From assembly GCF_044704955.1 (NCBI RefSeq), contig NW_027254113.1:496001-560000 (forward strand): a DNA stretch of 64,000 nt, given 5' to 3'. Numbering within the stretch: the stretch's first letter is position 1; each line of letters starts with the position of its first letter. The DNA is from Pristiophorus japonicus. Its lineage: Eukaryota. A program made the position numbers and the translations under genes. Below, piece by piece: positions 1 through 10,149 of this stretch. The notes below the pieces were generated by a model. That model was given only the letters and a program-made list of their open reading frames with translations. It was not told the origin of the DNA and did not search any database.

Positions 1-193
1 ACTGTGACCTGGACCCGAGAAAAGGAGGCTTTGAAATCAGAGATTGCCGTCCAACCGGGAGAGGATCCCAACAGCGTGATCAGCAACTTAAACATCTCGA
101 CACAAGACTGGCTGAGTGGGGATAAGTTCTACTGCGTGGTGAGCCATCAGGATATGCCGACACCGATCAGAGAATCCATCCACAAGGAGAAGG
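1..193 (+). CDS. IGHM: IgM heavy-chain constant exon CH3 (3' part; 5' end outside window)
   Basis: TVTW...[16 protein letters not shown] is an Ig C1-set motif; phase-1 donor AAG G|GTGAGC at 193/194. Confidence 0.9.
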
Positions 194-1092
194 GTGAGCG
201 GGAAGATTGTTGCAATAAGTGACTATTTCTGCTGCATGTGCAAGGGCCAATTCATTATTTAAAGTGTTTAATGGGCTAATCTGATCATTCAGTTTGGTAA
301 TTCCACGAACTCAGCACTCTGGGACCTGATGTTGTGTATGTTAGGGGAAACTGGATAAGTCCATGAGTGAGAAAGGGTATGTTATTAGGGTTAGATTAAG
401 TGAGCTAGGAGGAGGCTTGTGTGGAACATACACACCGGCATAGACCAGTTGGCCAAATCTCCTTGTTATGTGCTGTAAATTGTATGTAATTTTCCACACC
501 AATCCTTCAAGATTTCAGAGTGAAAGGTTGTGTTCCTCTGCTGCGGGATGGAAAACCAGAGGGGCCCCAGAGGGGAAAAGGAAAAGCTTTAAAATTCAAC
601 GCAGTGTCCATTTCTTTCACATCTAACCACCTGAAATTGGCTGAATTTTAATGAGGAAGGCGAGTTGTGGGCGGTGGTCTCACAGGCCACCCGGGAGAAT
701 GGGAGGATTGTAAGCCGAGTGAGGAGGTCTCGGATCACGGGGGGTGGGTTAGATAAGGACCCTGGATCCAGGGAGTATGTGTAAGGGCAATTATCACCTG
801 GTTGCAGAAGTCCCCGCCTCGCTGTAACTGCAGGGATTTACACAGTGTGTCCAACCGGACCAGCGACAGATAAACACCAAATGGTGGTTAAAAAAGAGCA
901 TTCCAGCCTAATTTAAATACATTACTCAAATATAATATTACAACTGGGAGTGGGCTAGTTGATGTCGGGATTACGATTTTTAACAATTTATATACCTCCA
1001 CGCCCAAAACCTGCCCGCTGTATTCGTTTAAAGTTTCCCCATTGTCTCTGGAACTGTCCAGTTCATTGGTCTTTATTGTAACTGTTCGACAG

Positions 1093-1484
1093 CGAAAGAT
1101 CCACGGGAACCAGCCGTGTCTGTCCTCCTGCCCTCGGCAGAAGAAGTCTCCGCTCAGAGGTTGGTCAGCCTCACCTGCTTAGTGAGAGGTTTCTCCCCCC
1201 GAGAGATCTTCGTCAAATGGACCGTCAATGACAAGCCGGTGGATTCGGGCAACTACAAGAACACCGAGGTGATGGCGGAGAACGGCAGCAGCTCCTTCTT
1301 CATGTACAGCCTGCTATCCATTGCAGCCGAGGAGTGGGCCAGCGGCGCTTCTTACTCCTGTATGGTGGGACATGAAGCGATCCCCTTGAAGATCACCAAC
1401 AGAACCGTCAATAAATCCAGCGGTAAACCCAGTTTCGTCAACATTTCCCTTGTTCTGATGGACACCGTAAATTCTTGTCAATGA
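1093..1484 (+). CDS. IGHM: IgM CH4 exon with secretory tailpiece
   Basis: Acceptor cgacAG| at 1092 joins in frame to CH3 ([11 protein letters not shown]). [10 protein letters not shown]...W...YSC motifs; tail [20 protein letters not shown] with N-glycan sequon and penultimate Cys. Internal donor G|GTAAAC at 1422/1423 for the membrane form. Confidence 0.95.
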
Positions 1485-1522
1485 GAATCTCTCGATTGCA
1501 TTTCCGTTCTTAAATTAAAAAC

Positions 1523-1528
1523 AATAAA
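1523..1528 (+). terminator. poly(A) signal of secretory IgM mRNA
   Basis: AATAAA about 40 nt after the secretory stop. Confidence 0.75.
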
Positions 1529-2229
1529 GGGTTTTTTTTTCCAATCGTGAGTTAAACACACAGCCGCTCAATCAACTATGTTTCCTATTTTTGCCAATGT
1601 GAGGGCTGTTTATCTGAAGTAGGGTGTTTGCGCGCCTCGGTCCCAAGGCTTGTACAGCCAGCGCTCCCAGCTCAGATACACCATGGGTTGGAGACTGCGT
1701 GAAGTTCTCTCATTACAGAATTCCTGAAAGTAACTTCAGCAGAGAGAGAGTAAAGGCTAATTCTAATTCACTGTACCTCTCTCAAGCACCAGCGAGAGGG
1801 GAATGGGAAATGTGTAATTCACGTAACCCCCCACTGCCCCTCCTGCAGGGAGATAGGAAGTGAACCACTCTCTTTTAAATGCACTAAGTTGTTATCAGTA
1901 CAATGTCACATTCTAACCCATGGTCTAAAGATTTTAAACTTGCCAGATGAGTATTATAATCTGAAATAACTGTTTATTCCACGTAATATTTTTAAATAGG
2001 GTTGGGGGTGCAACAGTCCCTGTTAATTGTAAACTAACATGCTGAATTCTAATGGGCCATATCTAAACTGGTGATTTAATCCTCTGCGGGTTTCTCACAG
2101 TTGTGTCCCTGATGTTTCTGAGGCCCATCGGTTGAATTGTTGCATTCCTTCGGCTGACGTCACATTGCGCCTCACACAGGACACATTTACACAGAGCAGG
2201 GAGAATACTTGTGAAAGTGAGTTTGTCTG

Positions 2230-3232
2230 TGTTCATATGTAAGTGTGTTGATTATTTTTTATAAGTGTGTGTGTTTTTGTGTAAGTGCACAATTACACAC
2301 AAACACACATAGACTTACATATAAAGACATACATTAACACTCTGACACATAATATTATACATAACTAGAATATAATGAAAACCATCATTGTCAAATCCAG
2401 TTCTTGATGCTCTCTGAAAATGTTAACAATAGCAATAATACACGTGAATCTAAACGCACACTTACACAACGGATACTTACACACACTTACACACACATAG
2501 ACACACACATCAATCCACACAGACACTGACACAAAGCACACCTACACACACATAAACACATACATCAATCCACACACACACTTACACAAAACACACTTTC
2601 ACACACATAGACATACGCACAAATCCATACACATACACTTACAAAACACCACTTATACACACATAAATGCATACATCAATCCACACACACACTTACACAA
2701 AACACACTTACACACACATAAATACACATCAATCCACACACACACTTACACAAAACACACACACACTCGTAAACAAACGCATCAATCCAAACACACATTT
2801 AAACTAAACACACACACACTTACATGCAAACATACTATTGCACTTAGACAAATACATCAATCAAAACACACACTTTCACAAAACACACAAACACAAATTT
2901 ACCTGCAAACCCATTGTTACACATAAACACACACACGCTTAAACCTAAACATGAACAACACTGATACATACACTTACAGAAAAACACACAACTGAACAGA
3001 CTTACACAAGCATGAACACGCATATAAATCCAAACACAAACTAACACAAAACACACACACACAAACTTACAGGTATACACAATGTTACACGAAATCTCAC
3101 ACACACACTTACACCTCAACAAAAACAAACACTTATAAATAACCATACACATACACTTGTAGGGAAACACACACATGAACATACATATACACAAGGATAC
3201 ACATACACATAAGCACACACATGAACACACTT

Positions 3233-3276
<44 letters not shown>

Positions 3277-3500
3277 CACACACAGACACACACAAACCCT
3301 TAGATATGAACATGCTTACACATAAAAGTACACACACTCACCTACACCAAATCGCACACTCGCAATTAAATATAAAAACACACACTTACATGCATTCTTA
3401 AACAAAACATAAATAAAGATTTACACACACATACACAATCTTACAAATACACACACGCACAACCTCACAGATCAACACCCTCACAGGGAAACACAAACAC
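2230..3500. repeat. (CA)n-rich low-complexity tract
   Basis: Degenerate CA repeats with a pure (CA)n run near 3235-3273. Confidence 0.9.
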
Positions 3501-4188
3501 TGACTAATCCAGAACAAGAGATAGTCATACAGTGATATAGACATTAAAGAGCACAAACAAAAACGTCAGGCTTTAGAAGAATGTAGAACTAAGATGCATT
3601 TTTATGACGGACAATGTATCCAACGCTTGGCCTGAATAAATAATTCCTGATACCATAATATCTCACAATTCACTATTCTGGTCTTACACATACACTGGAT
3701 CAATGTAGTTGTTGCAAACTGACACGTTATTTATGTTCAGAGCATTGCCGTAACAAATAAAAAAACAAGGTTATAACTCACAACTGATCTCTTACCTAGC
3801 CTCCTTGGCAGCCTCCAACTAAGTAACTACCTTAACCTAGCGGAAAAATAATCGATATCCTGCTGTAAACCTTCCTCAATGTTTCATCGTATTATTTCCG
3901 AATGATAGATCGTTGCAAAGTCATCCAAAATCAATTAGCCTCTGACATGGAAGAAAAACTATCATATTTTCCAAAACGGACGACAGAGGGATCGTAAAGG
4001 AAGAGCGGCAGTGGAGTGAGGAACAGTGAGAGATTGTTGAGAGTGATTAACTTAACACAAAATATACATTGAAAGTCCAATTAAAGAACAAACTAATACC
4101 TTAAGGGAAAAAAGAGAATATAAAATAATAGCATGATACCCGGGATTAATAAACGATCTGAATATATTTCCTCCCTACATCCCCGTAG

Positions 4189-4317
4189 ATTCCTCAGACC
4201 ACATCTGGAATGAAGACTATGAGGACGAGAGCGGCAACATCTGGACAACCGCTTCCACATTCATCATCCTTGTTCTTCCTGAGCATTTCCTACAGCACTG
4301 CCGTCACTCTGGTGAAG
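4189..4317 (+). CDS. IGHM: IgM TM1 exon, frameshifted (+1)
   Basis: Acceptor cccgtAG|; DSSDHIWNEDYEDESGNIWTTASTFII then, one base out of frame, LFFLSISYSTAVTLVK; donor AAG|GTGGGA. Confidence 0.9.
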
Positions 4318-4457
4318 GTGGGAAGATTCAATCCGCTCACACTTCTATCTGACTGAAGCCGTTTGACAAATCTCTGGATGTTTCATTAATAAAAACCCTG
4401 AGATAAATGCCCCAGACCACTAAACTTCCGCTTAATTCTTTTATCCCACTTTTGCAG

Positions 4458-4466
4458 CTCAAGTGA
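4458..4466 (+). CDS. IGHM: IgM TM2 exon (LK-stop)
   Basis: Acceptor ttttgcAG|CTC AAG TGA; AATAAA at 4528-4533 and 4709-4714. Confidence 0.8.
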   Translation, partial: LK

Positions 4467-4818
4467 TGATCTGAATTTCGGCCGCCGTGAATGTTCCTCA
4501 TCTGTTTATTATTTCTGTGCCACTAAAAATAAAATATGTCCTCTTGGTGATTCTCAGAGTAAAATGCCTTCATTTACTAGATCCGAATCAGTAGCTGAGA
4601 AATATATAACTGCGATTTCCATCTTTCTGTTTGAAATGTGTGCGATAATTGTGGCTGTAATGTAACTGCATCTCAGAGTTTCACCGTGCCTTGTACATTT
4701 CATGTGTAAATAAATAACTTTTCTCATTCTTATTCACAAGTGTTCCCTTCCCTTTATGCTGAGCCCCTGTTCACTCGCTCTGATGTCTGTCACAACTGTA
4801 CAGATAGCGGCAGCTCTG

Positions 4819-5245
4819 ACATGAGAAATAGGAGAAGGAGTAGGCCCGACGGACCCTCGAGTCTACTCCGCCATTCAATAAGATCCGGGCTCATTATCGA
4901 CCTCAACTCCACTTTCCCGCTCGATAGCATATCCGTTGCTTCTCCTAGAGTCCAAAAATCTAACTATTTGAGCCTTTGAATTTATTTAGAGACTCAGCAT
5001 CCACAGCCGTCTGGGGCAGGGAATTCCAAACATTCACAACCCTCTGAGTGAAGAAATTCCTCCTCATCTCCGTCTTAAATGGCCGATCCTTTATCCGGAG
5101 AGAGTGCTCCCTAGTTCTAGAGTGTCCAGCCGGGGAAAACAAATCTTCAGCATTTAACTTGTCAAGCGCCCTCAGAATCTTATGTTTCAATCAGATCACG
5201 TCTCATTATTCTAAACTCCAGAGAGTACAGGCCCAATCCGCCTGT
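4819..5245 (-). mobile_element. CR1-clade LINE 3' fragment
   Basis: FKTEMRRNFFTQRVVNVWNSLP (CR1 RT C-terminus) plus the CR1 3' UTR tail. Confidence 0.85.
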
Positions 5246-5814
5246 ATTCTGTTCTCAAATTATTGCTCAGTTATATTCACTTTATGTTCACTTTTTTACA
5301 CTTCCCTGTAAATTGTTTTCTGTGAAATTGTTAATAAATCTCGAATGACAAATGAAGTAACTTGGACTTTGCTGTATTCCTTTCTCCACGGCTCCTGTAC
5401 ACTTCTCCATTTTCCCTGTCACACTGTGTTTTATTTGCCTGACATGTATGTTTCACCCGTCCTATTTGGGTTGTGATTGAACCCAAGTTCCATTGGTGAA
5501 GGACCCATGGCGCCACCCAGTGTCCCATCGGAGAAAAGACATCTCTACCGCAGCCTTGATGTATCTGGTCCCAGAGGCGGAATTGCGGCACAACCACCAG
5601 GTGCACCATGCAGTCTCCTCTAATATTATGATCTGTCACAGTCACATGGCAGGTTCTGTGAAAAAACAGGTCTCTGTCTCGTCACAGATTTTCACAGTTC
5701 AGTACACGGCATAGTAAGTCTCCCTTTCACTGTCCCATCAAACTCTCCCAGGGCAGGTACAGCACGGGTTAGAAATCTGACACAAACGCCCAAGGTAGCA
5801 CAACACCGGAGAAT

Positions 5815-6275
5815 GGCCCCCAATAGGGTGAGCCTGTGCTGGCGCAATAGGGTGAGCCTGTGCTGGCCCAATAGGATGAGCCAGGCTGGCCCAATAGGGT
5901 GAGCCCATGCTGGCCCAATAGGGTGAGCCCGAACTGGCCTAATAGTGTGAGCCCGGGCTAGCCCAATAGCGTGAGCCCATGCTGGCCCAATAGGGTGAGC
6001 CCATGCTGGCCCAATAGGGTGAGCCGGGTTGGTCCAATAGGGCGAGCCCAGGCTGGCTCAATCGGGTGAGCCCAGGCTGGCCCAATAGGGTGTGCCTGTG
6101 CTAGCCCAATAGGATGAGCCCAGGCAGGCCCAATCGGGTGAGCCCATGCTGGCCCAATAGGATGAGCCAGTGCTGGCCCAATAGGGTGAGCTCAGGCTGG
6201 CCCAATAGGGTGAGCCGGGCTGGCCCAATAGGGCGATCCCGGGCTGGCCCAATAGGATGAGCCGGGCTGGCCCAG
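5815..6275. repeat. 24-bp minisatellite (~19 copies), GCTGGCCCAATAGGGTGAGCCCAT-like
   Basis: CAATAG recurs at 5821, 5845, 5869 and onward. Confidence 0.95.
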
Positions 6276-6369
6276 GGTCACCAGACAACATTCAGCACAA
6301 CAAGGCTCCCTGTCAGGGGCCACTGACCTGGGCACAAACATGTGTCCAATCTAACTGTCAGACACGCTG

Positions 6370-6670
6370 AAGCCCCGCCCATCCATTATCCCTGCCCAAA
6401 GGGCCGCGCAAACACCGCCGTACCCGCCCTGACCAAGATGGCGGCCACTGAGCCCGCTCCCCTGGGAAGCTCACTGACTGGGCCTGGAACCGGGCTGTGA
6501 TTCGGTTCTTGGGGACGAGCCCGGGTGTGTGTAAAGCAGATGGTGCGGTGTGTTGCCTCTCGGGCCTGGGCCCGCACTCGGGCTGCGTGTCCCGCCTGGG
6601 GTTTATTAACGCAGGAATCGATTGATTCTGCACTTTGTGACTGACAGGCGACAAGCCCCGCCCCATCCGG
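6370..6670 (+). promoter_or_regulatory. CpG-rich promoter-like segment
   Basis: GC box CCCCGCCC near 6374 and YY1 consensus CAAGATGGCGGC near 6434; retained CpGs. Confidence 0.4.
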
Positions 6671-6711
6671 GCACGAATCATTCCATGCATGTGGTGCAGA
6701 GAAATAAAACT

Positions 6712-7520
6712 CGGGTAAGGCACTTGGGCTGGGGGAGGCGTGCACTGGGACTGGGGTAAGGCAGTCGGACTGCAGTAATGCACTTTGGATGGGGGAGGCT
6801 TGCACTGGAACTAGGGTAAGGCACTTCGGCTGGGGGAGGCATACACTTGGACTGGCTAAGGCACTTCAGCTGGGGGAGGCGTGCACTGGGACTGGGGTAA
6901 GGTACTTGGGCTGGGGGAGGCATGCACTGGGACTGGGGTAAGGCACTTTAGCTGGGGTGGTGGCATGCACTTGGAATGAGGTAAGGCACTTCGGCTGGGA
7001 GATGCATGCACTGGGATTGGGGTAAGGCACTTTGGCTGGGGGATGCATATACTGGGACTGGGGTAAGGCACTTCGGCTGGGGGAGGCATGCACTGGGACT
7101 GGTATAAAGCACTCCAGCTGGGGGAAGCCTGCACTGGGACTGGGATAAGTCACTTCGTCTGGTGGAGGCATGCACTCAGAGTGGGGTAAGGCACTTCGGC
7201 TGGAAGAGACTTCCACTGGGACTGGGGTAAGGCACGTTGGCTGGGGGAGGCGTGTACTGCGACTGGGGTAAGGCACTTTGGCTGGGGGAGGCATATACTG
7301 GGGTAAGGCACTTCGCCTCTGGGAGGCATATACTGGGACTGGGGTAAGGCACTTTTGCTGGGGGAGGCATGCACTGGGTCTGTGGTAAGGCACTTTGGCA
7401 CTGGGATGCATGCACTGGATCGGGTTAAGGCACTTTGGCTGGGGAGGCATTTACTAGGACTGGAGTAAGGCACTTCCGCTGGGGAGGGATGCACTGCGAC
7501 TGGAGCAAGGCACTTTGGCT
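6712..7520. repeat. 41-bp G-rich minisatellite (~19 copies)
   Basis: Unit GGGACTGGGGTAAGGCACTTCGGCTGGGGGAGGCATGCACT; GTAAGG at 6715, 6756 and onward. Confidence 0.95.
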
Positions 7521-7784
7521 TGCAGTCGCTGTCTTCTGGGAGTTCTGCCTCTGTTGTTTCAGGAAGTCAAAGTGGATCAAGTTACAATTTGCAAAGTCAG
7601 TGAGACGTTGGGATGGGTGGTTTCAGTTATACATTCGAGTGAAACCTCAGGCTGTGGCTTATCCTCCAAAGGATCCAATCATGGAAAAAGGTTGGAGCAT
7701 GGCGGCCATTTTTGCAGTACAAATAAGCACGTCCTTTATTAAATCGCTCCCTCCCTCCACCCATCTCTGACCCCCTGTCTCACC

Positions 7785-7922
7785 CACCGCGCATGCTCAG
7801 TTCACACTGCCTGGCTGATTGACGGCAGCTCCCGACCAATAGGGAGAGCAGTTGTGGAGCTGGTGGTCTGGGTGGGCGGTTAGTCTTCCAACCAATCGGC
7901 GTGTGCAAGGGGTGCGGCTTGC
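7785..7922. promoter_or_regulatory. CCAAT/NRF1-type promoter module, paralogous to part of 24060-24620
   Basis: GCGCATGC, two CCAAT boxes; CTGATTGACGGCAGCTCCCGACCAAT matches CTGATTGACGGGAGCTTCCAACCAAT near 24477. Confidence 0.45.
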
Positions 7923-8457
7923 TGTATTGTATAGGGTTAATCACATAGGGTTAATTATGATATTTCGACATTTACAGTGTGTTTCTGCTTCATGCCTCGT
8001 GGAATGTTGTTGATGCAGAGAGAGAGAGAGAGAGGGACCTTGATGCGCACACCATCTTGTTTATGGGACAGTCGGCGCCTCGAGGTCTCATGCTTTGTGA
8101 AAGAACAGCTGGGGCCTTACTGATTAGGAGTTGGCCATAAGCCACATGCACCCATGTTTGTTCAATAGTATAAAGCAATGGAACTGTCCAGTAGCTCTTT
8201 TAACTTCAACTTGGACCATGATTCGCGAGCGGTGCCGGGACCCCCAAGGCTCCAGACTAGCCATCGTTGCGGAGTTCCCGACGGGCCGAAGGCTTTGAGC
8301 TTTGTTGCATCTTATCATACTTCTCTTTTCTTCATAAACTGTATTATGTTTCTTTTCCCTCAGTAAACGGTGTTTTATCTTTACTTCATTTGTCTTGCCT
8401 CTTATTTAACATTCATCCAGAACCCGAACCTGGGTCTATTATTATCGATCCAAAAAA
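7923..8457 (+). repeat. 5' LTR of class III ERV
   Basis: Starts TGTATTGTATAGGG; direct repeat of 13748-14274 at roughly 90% identity by eye. Confidence 0.92.
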
Positions 8458-8460
8458 TGT

Positions 8461-8478
8461 TGGCATCACGAACAGGAT
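8461..8478 (+). promoter_or_regulatory. Primer-binding site, tRNA-Ser(CGA)-like
   Basis: TGGCATCACGAACAGGAT, one mismatch to the recalled complement of the vertebrate tRNA-Ser(CGA) 3' end (TGGCGTCACGAACAGGAT). Confidence 0.75.
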
Positions 8479-8486
8479 CTGGTAAA

Positions 8487-10149
8487 ATGTTTAAGAGAAA
8501 AGACAAGGAGCAGTCTCCTCCTGCGGGAGAGAAGTATAGAATACCAGGGTGGAGCACAAGGGATGAGGGTTTTGGCTCTCTTGCCAATGTGCTAGCCCAG
8601 TTTGCACCCCCACAACATTGGGATAAGCAGTTATTGGAACAGAGCAAAGATAGACCCGTACCCCACGCGGTACTGTCTCTCCTGGAGGAAGCGGGCGTCC
8701 CACAGGAGAAAAGTAATCCCCCACAAATGGGATGAATTTTGTTGACAGCATTAAAGACGATGTGTAAACAACTTAAGGAAAGTGAGGCAGAAAACCTAGA
8801 GTTAAAAACAGCTGTTAAGGTTTTTCGAAAGTCAAAACTCGACTCTGACTGAAGCGGTCCACACTGCACAACAACAGGTGGACAAGCTCAATGAACAATC
8901 AGAAACTTTAATATGCCATCTGGTGACAGTACAACATTATTAAAAAGCCAGACGACGGAAATTACAGATAGATCGGTCAAAGGTACGTGCATTGGTAGCT
9001 GGACCCACTTGGGATCCGGCTCATTGGGAAGGAGACATCTGGTACTCCTCTGACTCAGAATATGAATGGTCAGATGGAGAGGGGGGGAACGGGAGGAAAC
9101 TAAAAACCCTCCCCCATACGCTCCGAGCAAGAAAGCTAAACCCCTTATGACAAATAAGGTGAAATAGCAAGATGGGGAACAGCCAGTAACCACTAGAGGG
9201 GTGCGTGACTTCACCACTTGTGAGTTACAAGAAATAGGGTCTCGATTTCGCAAAAAACCCGAGGAATCATTGTCAGAATGGCTAACCCGGATTTGGTATC
9301 AGGGAGCATCAGGCGTAATACTTAACCCTGAAGAGTTAACAAAAATGAGGACTATGATTACGGACCACCATATCACAGCAGTGCTACGAAATGTCCAGGG
9401 CACAAGTTCGCTATGGGACATGGTTACAATAGGGGTCCAGCAAAAATTTCCCTCTGCCGTTGATTGGAAAGGGGAGGTAAAACCTTGGAGTACTGTGGTG
9501 GAGGGTGCGATACAATTGCACAACATGGAAACACAGGGAGGAATATATCACCAACAATATGGGGGGCTAGATCAGGAGCTCTTTACGGCAGGAATGCAGA
9601 GCAGGCTGATGAAGAGTGGCCCGCCTATGATGAGGGGTGCGCTACATGCATTATTGGGACCAGCCCAAGAGCAGCGGGTAGGGGACGCTCTCCTGTTGTT
9701 AGGACAGTAAGACGATGTAGAAGAAAGTGCGCGAGAGTCGAGAACGGCTAATGTAGAGGGGGATCGGGACCAGCGACAAGGTTCGACCTCAGGAAAGATA
9801 TAGGGTCAGGAAAGACAAAAAAAAAGAATTGCGCAGAGGGACATGTACGCGGCTTTATAGAAAGCAGGGGTCCCCAAGGAAATAAATTGATGCAATCCCA
9901 ACAGGAGCAATGTATTCTATGTGGAAGCAACACTGCGTCCCGGGAACAGGGAAGGGTAAAAGGAGGGAGGTAAGGGAGACTAAGTCGGATAGCGTCAAGT
10001 CTGCGGATGCGGAGAAACCATCTCCCACTAGCCTATATCCCAGCGTAGAAGAGCTGTGGAAGGCTAGTAATCCCCTCGACTGGGGTGTGGCCGGGATCCG
10101 GGAGTACTCCCCGTTAGAACCACATCAACCCAAGCTCCCGGGGATCTGA
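8487..10149 (+). pseudogene. gag: gag of class III ERV, disrupted
   Basis: ATG just after the PBS; fragments such as FRKKPEESLSEWLTRIWYQGA; several stops and frameshifts. Confidence 0.75.

Noticed and set aside
2844-3337. Cys/Val-rich ORFs
   Set aside because: Translations of the (CA)n tract
6058-7494. Pro-rich repetitive ORFs
   Set aside because: Produced by the 24-bp and 41-bp minisatellites; open in many frames
7918-7922. CTTGC/CATGC as a true 5-bp TSD of the class III ERV
   Set aside because: One mismatch, and the two flanks come from unrelated sequences; not accepted as proof of a single insertion
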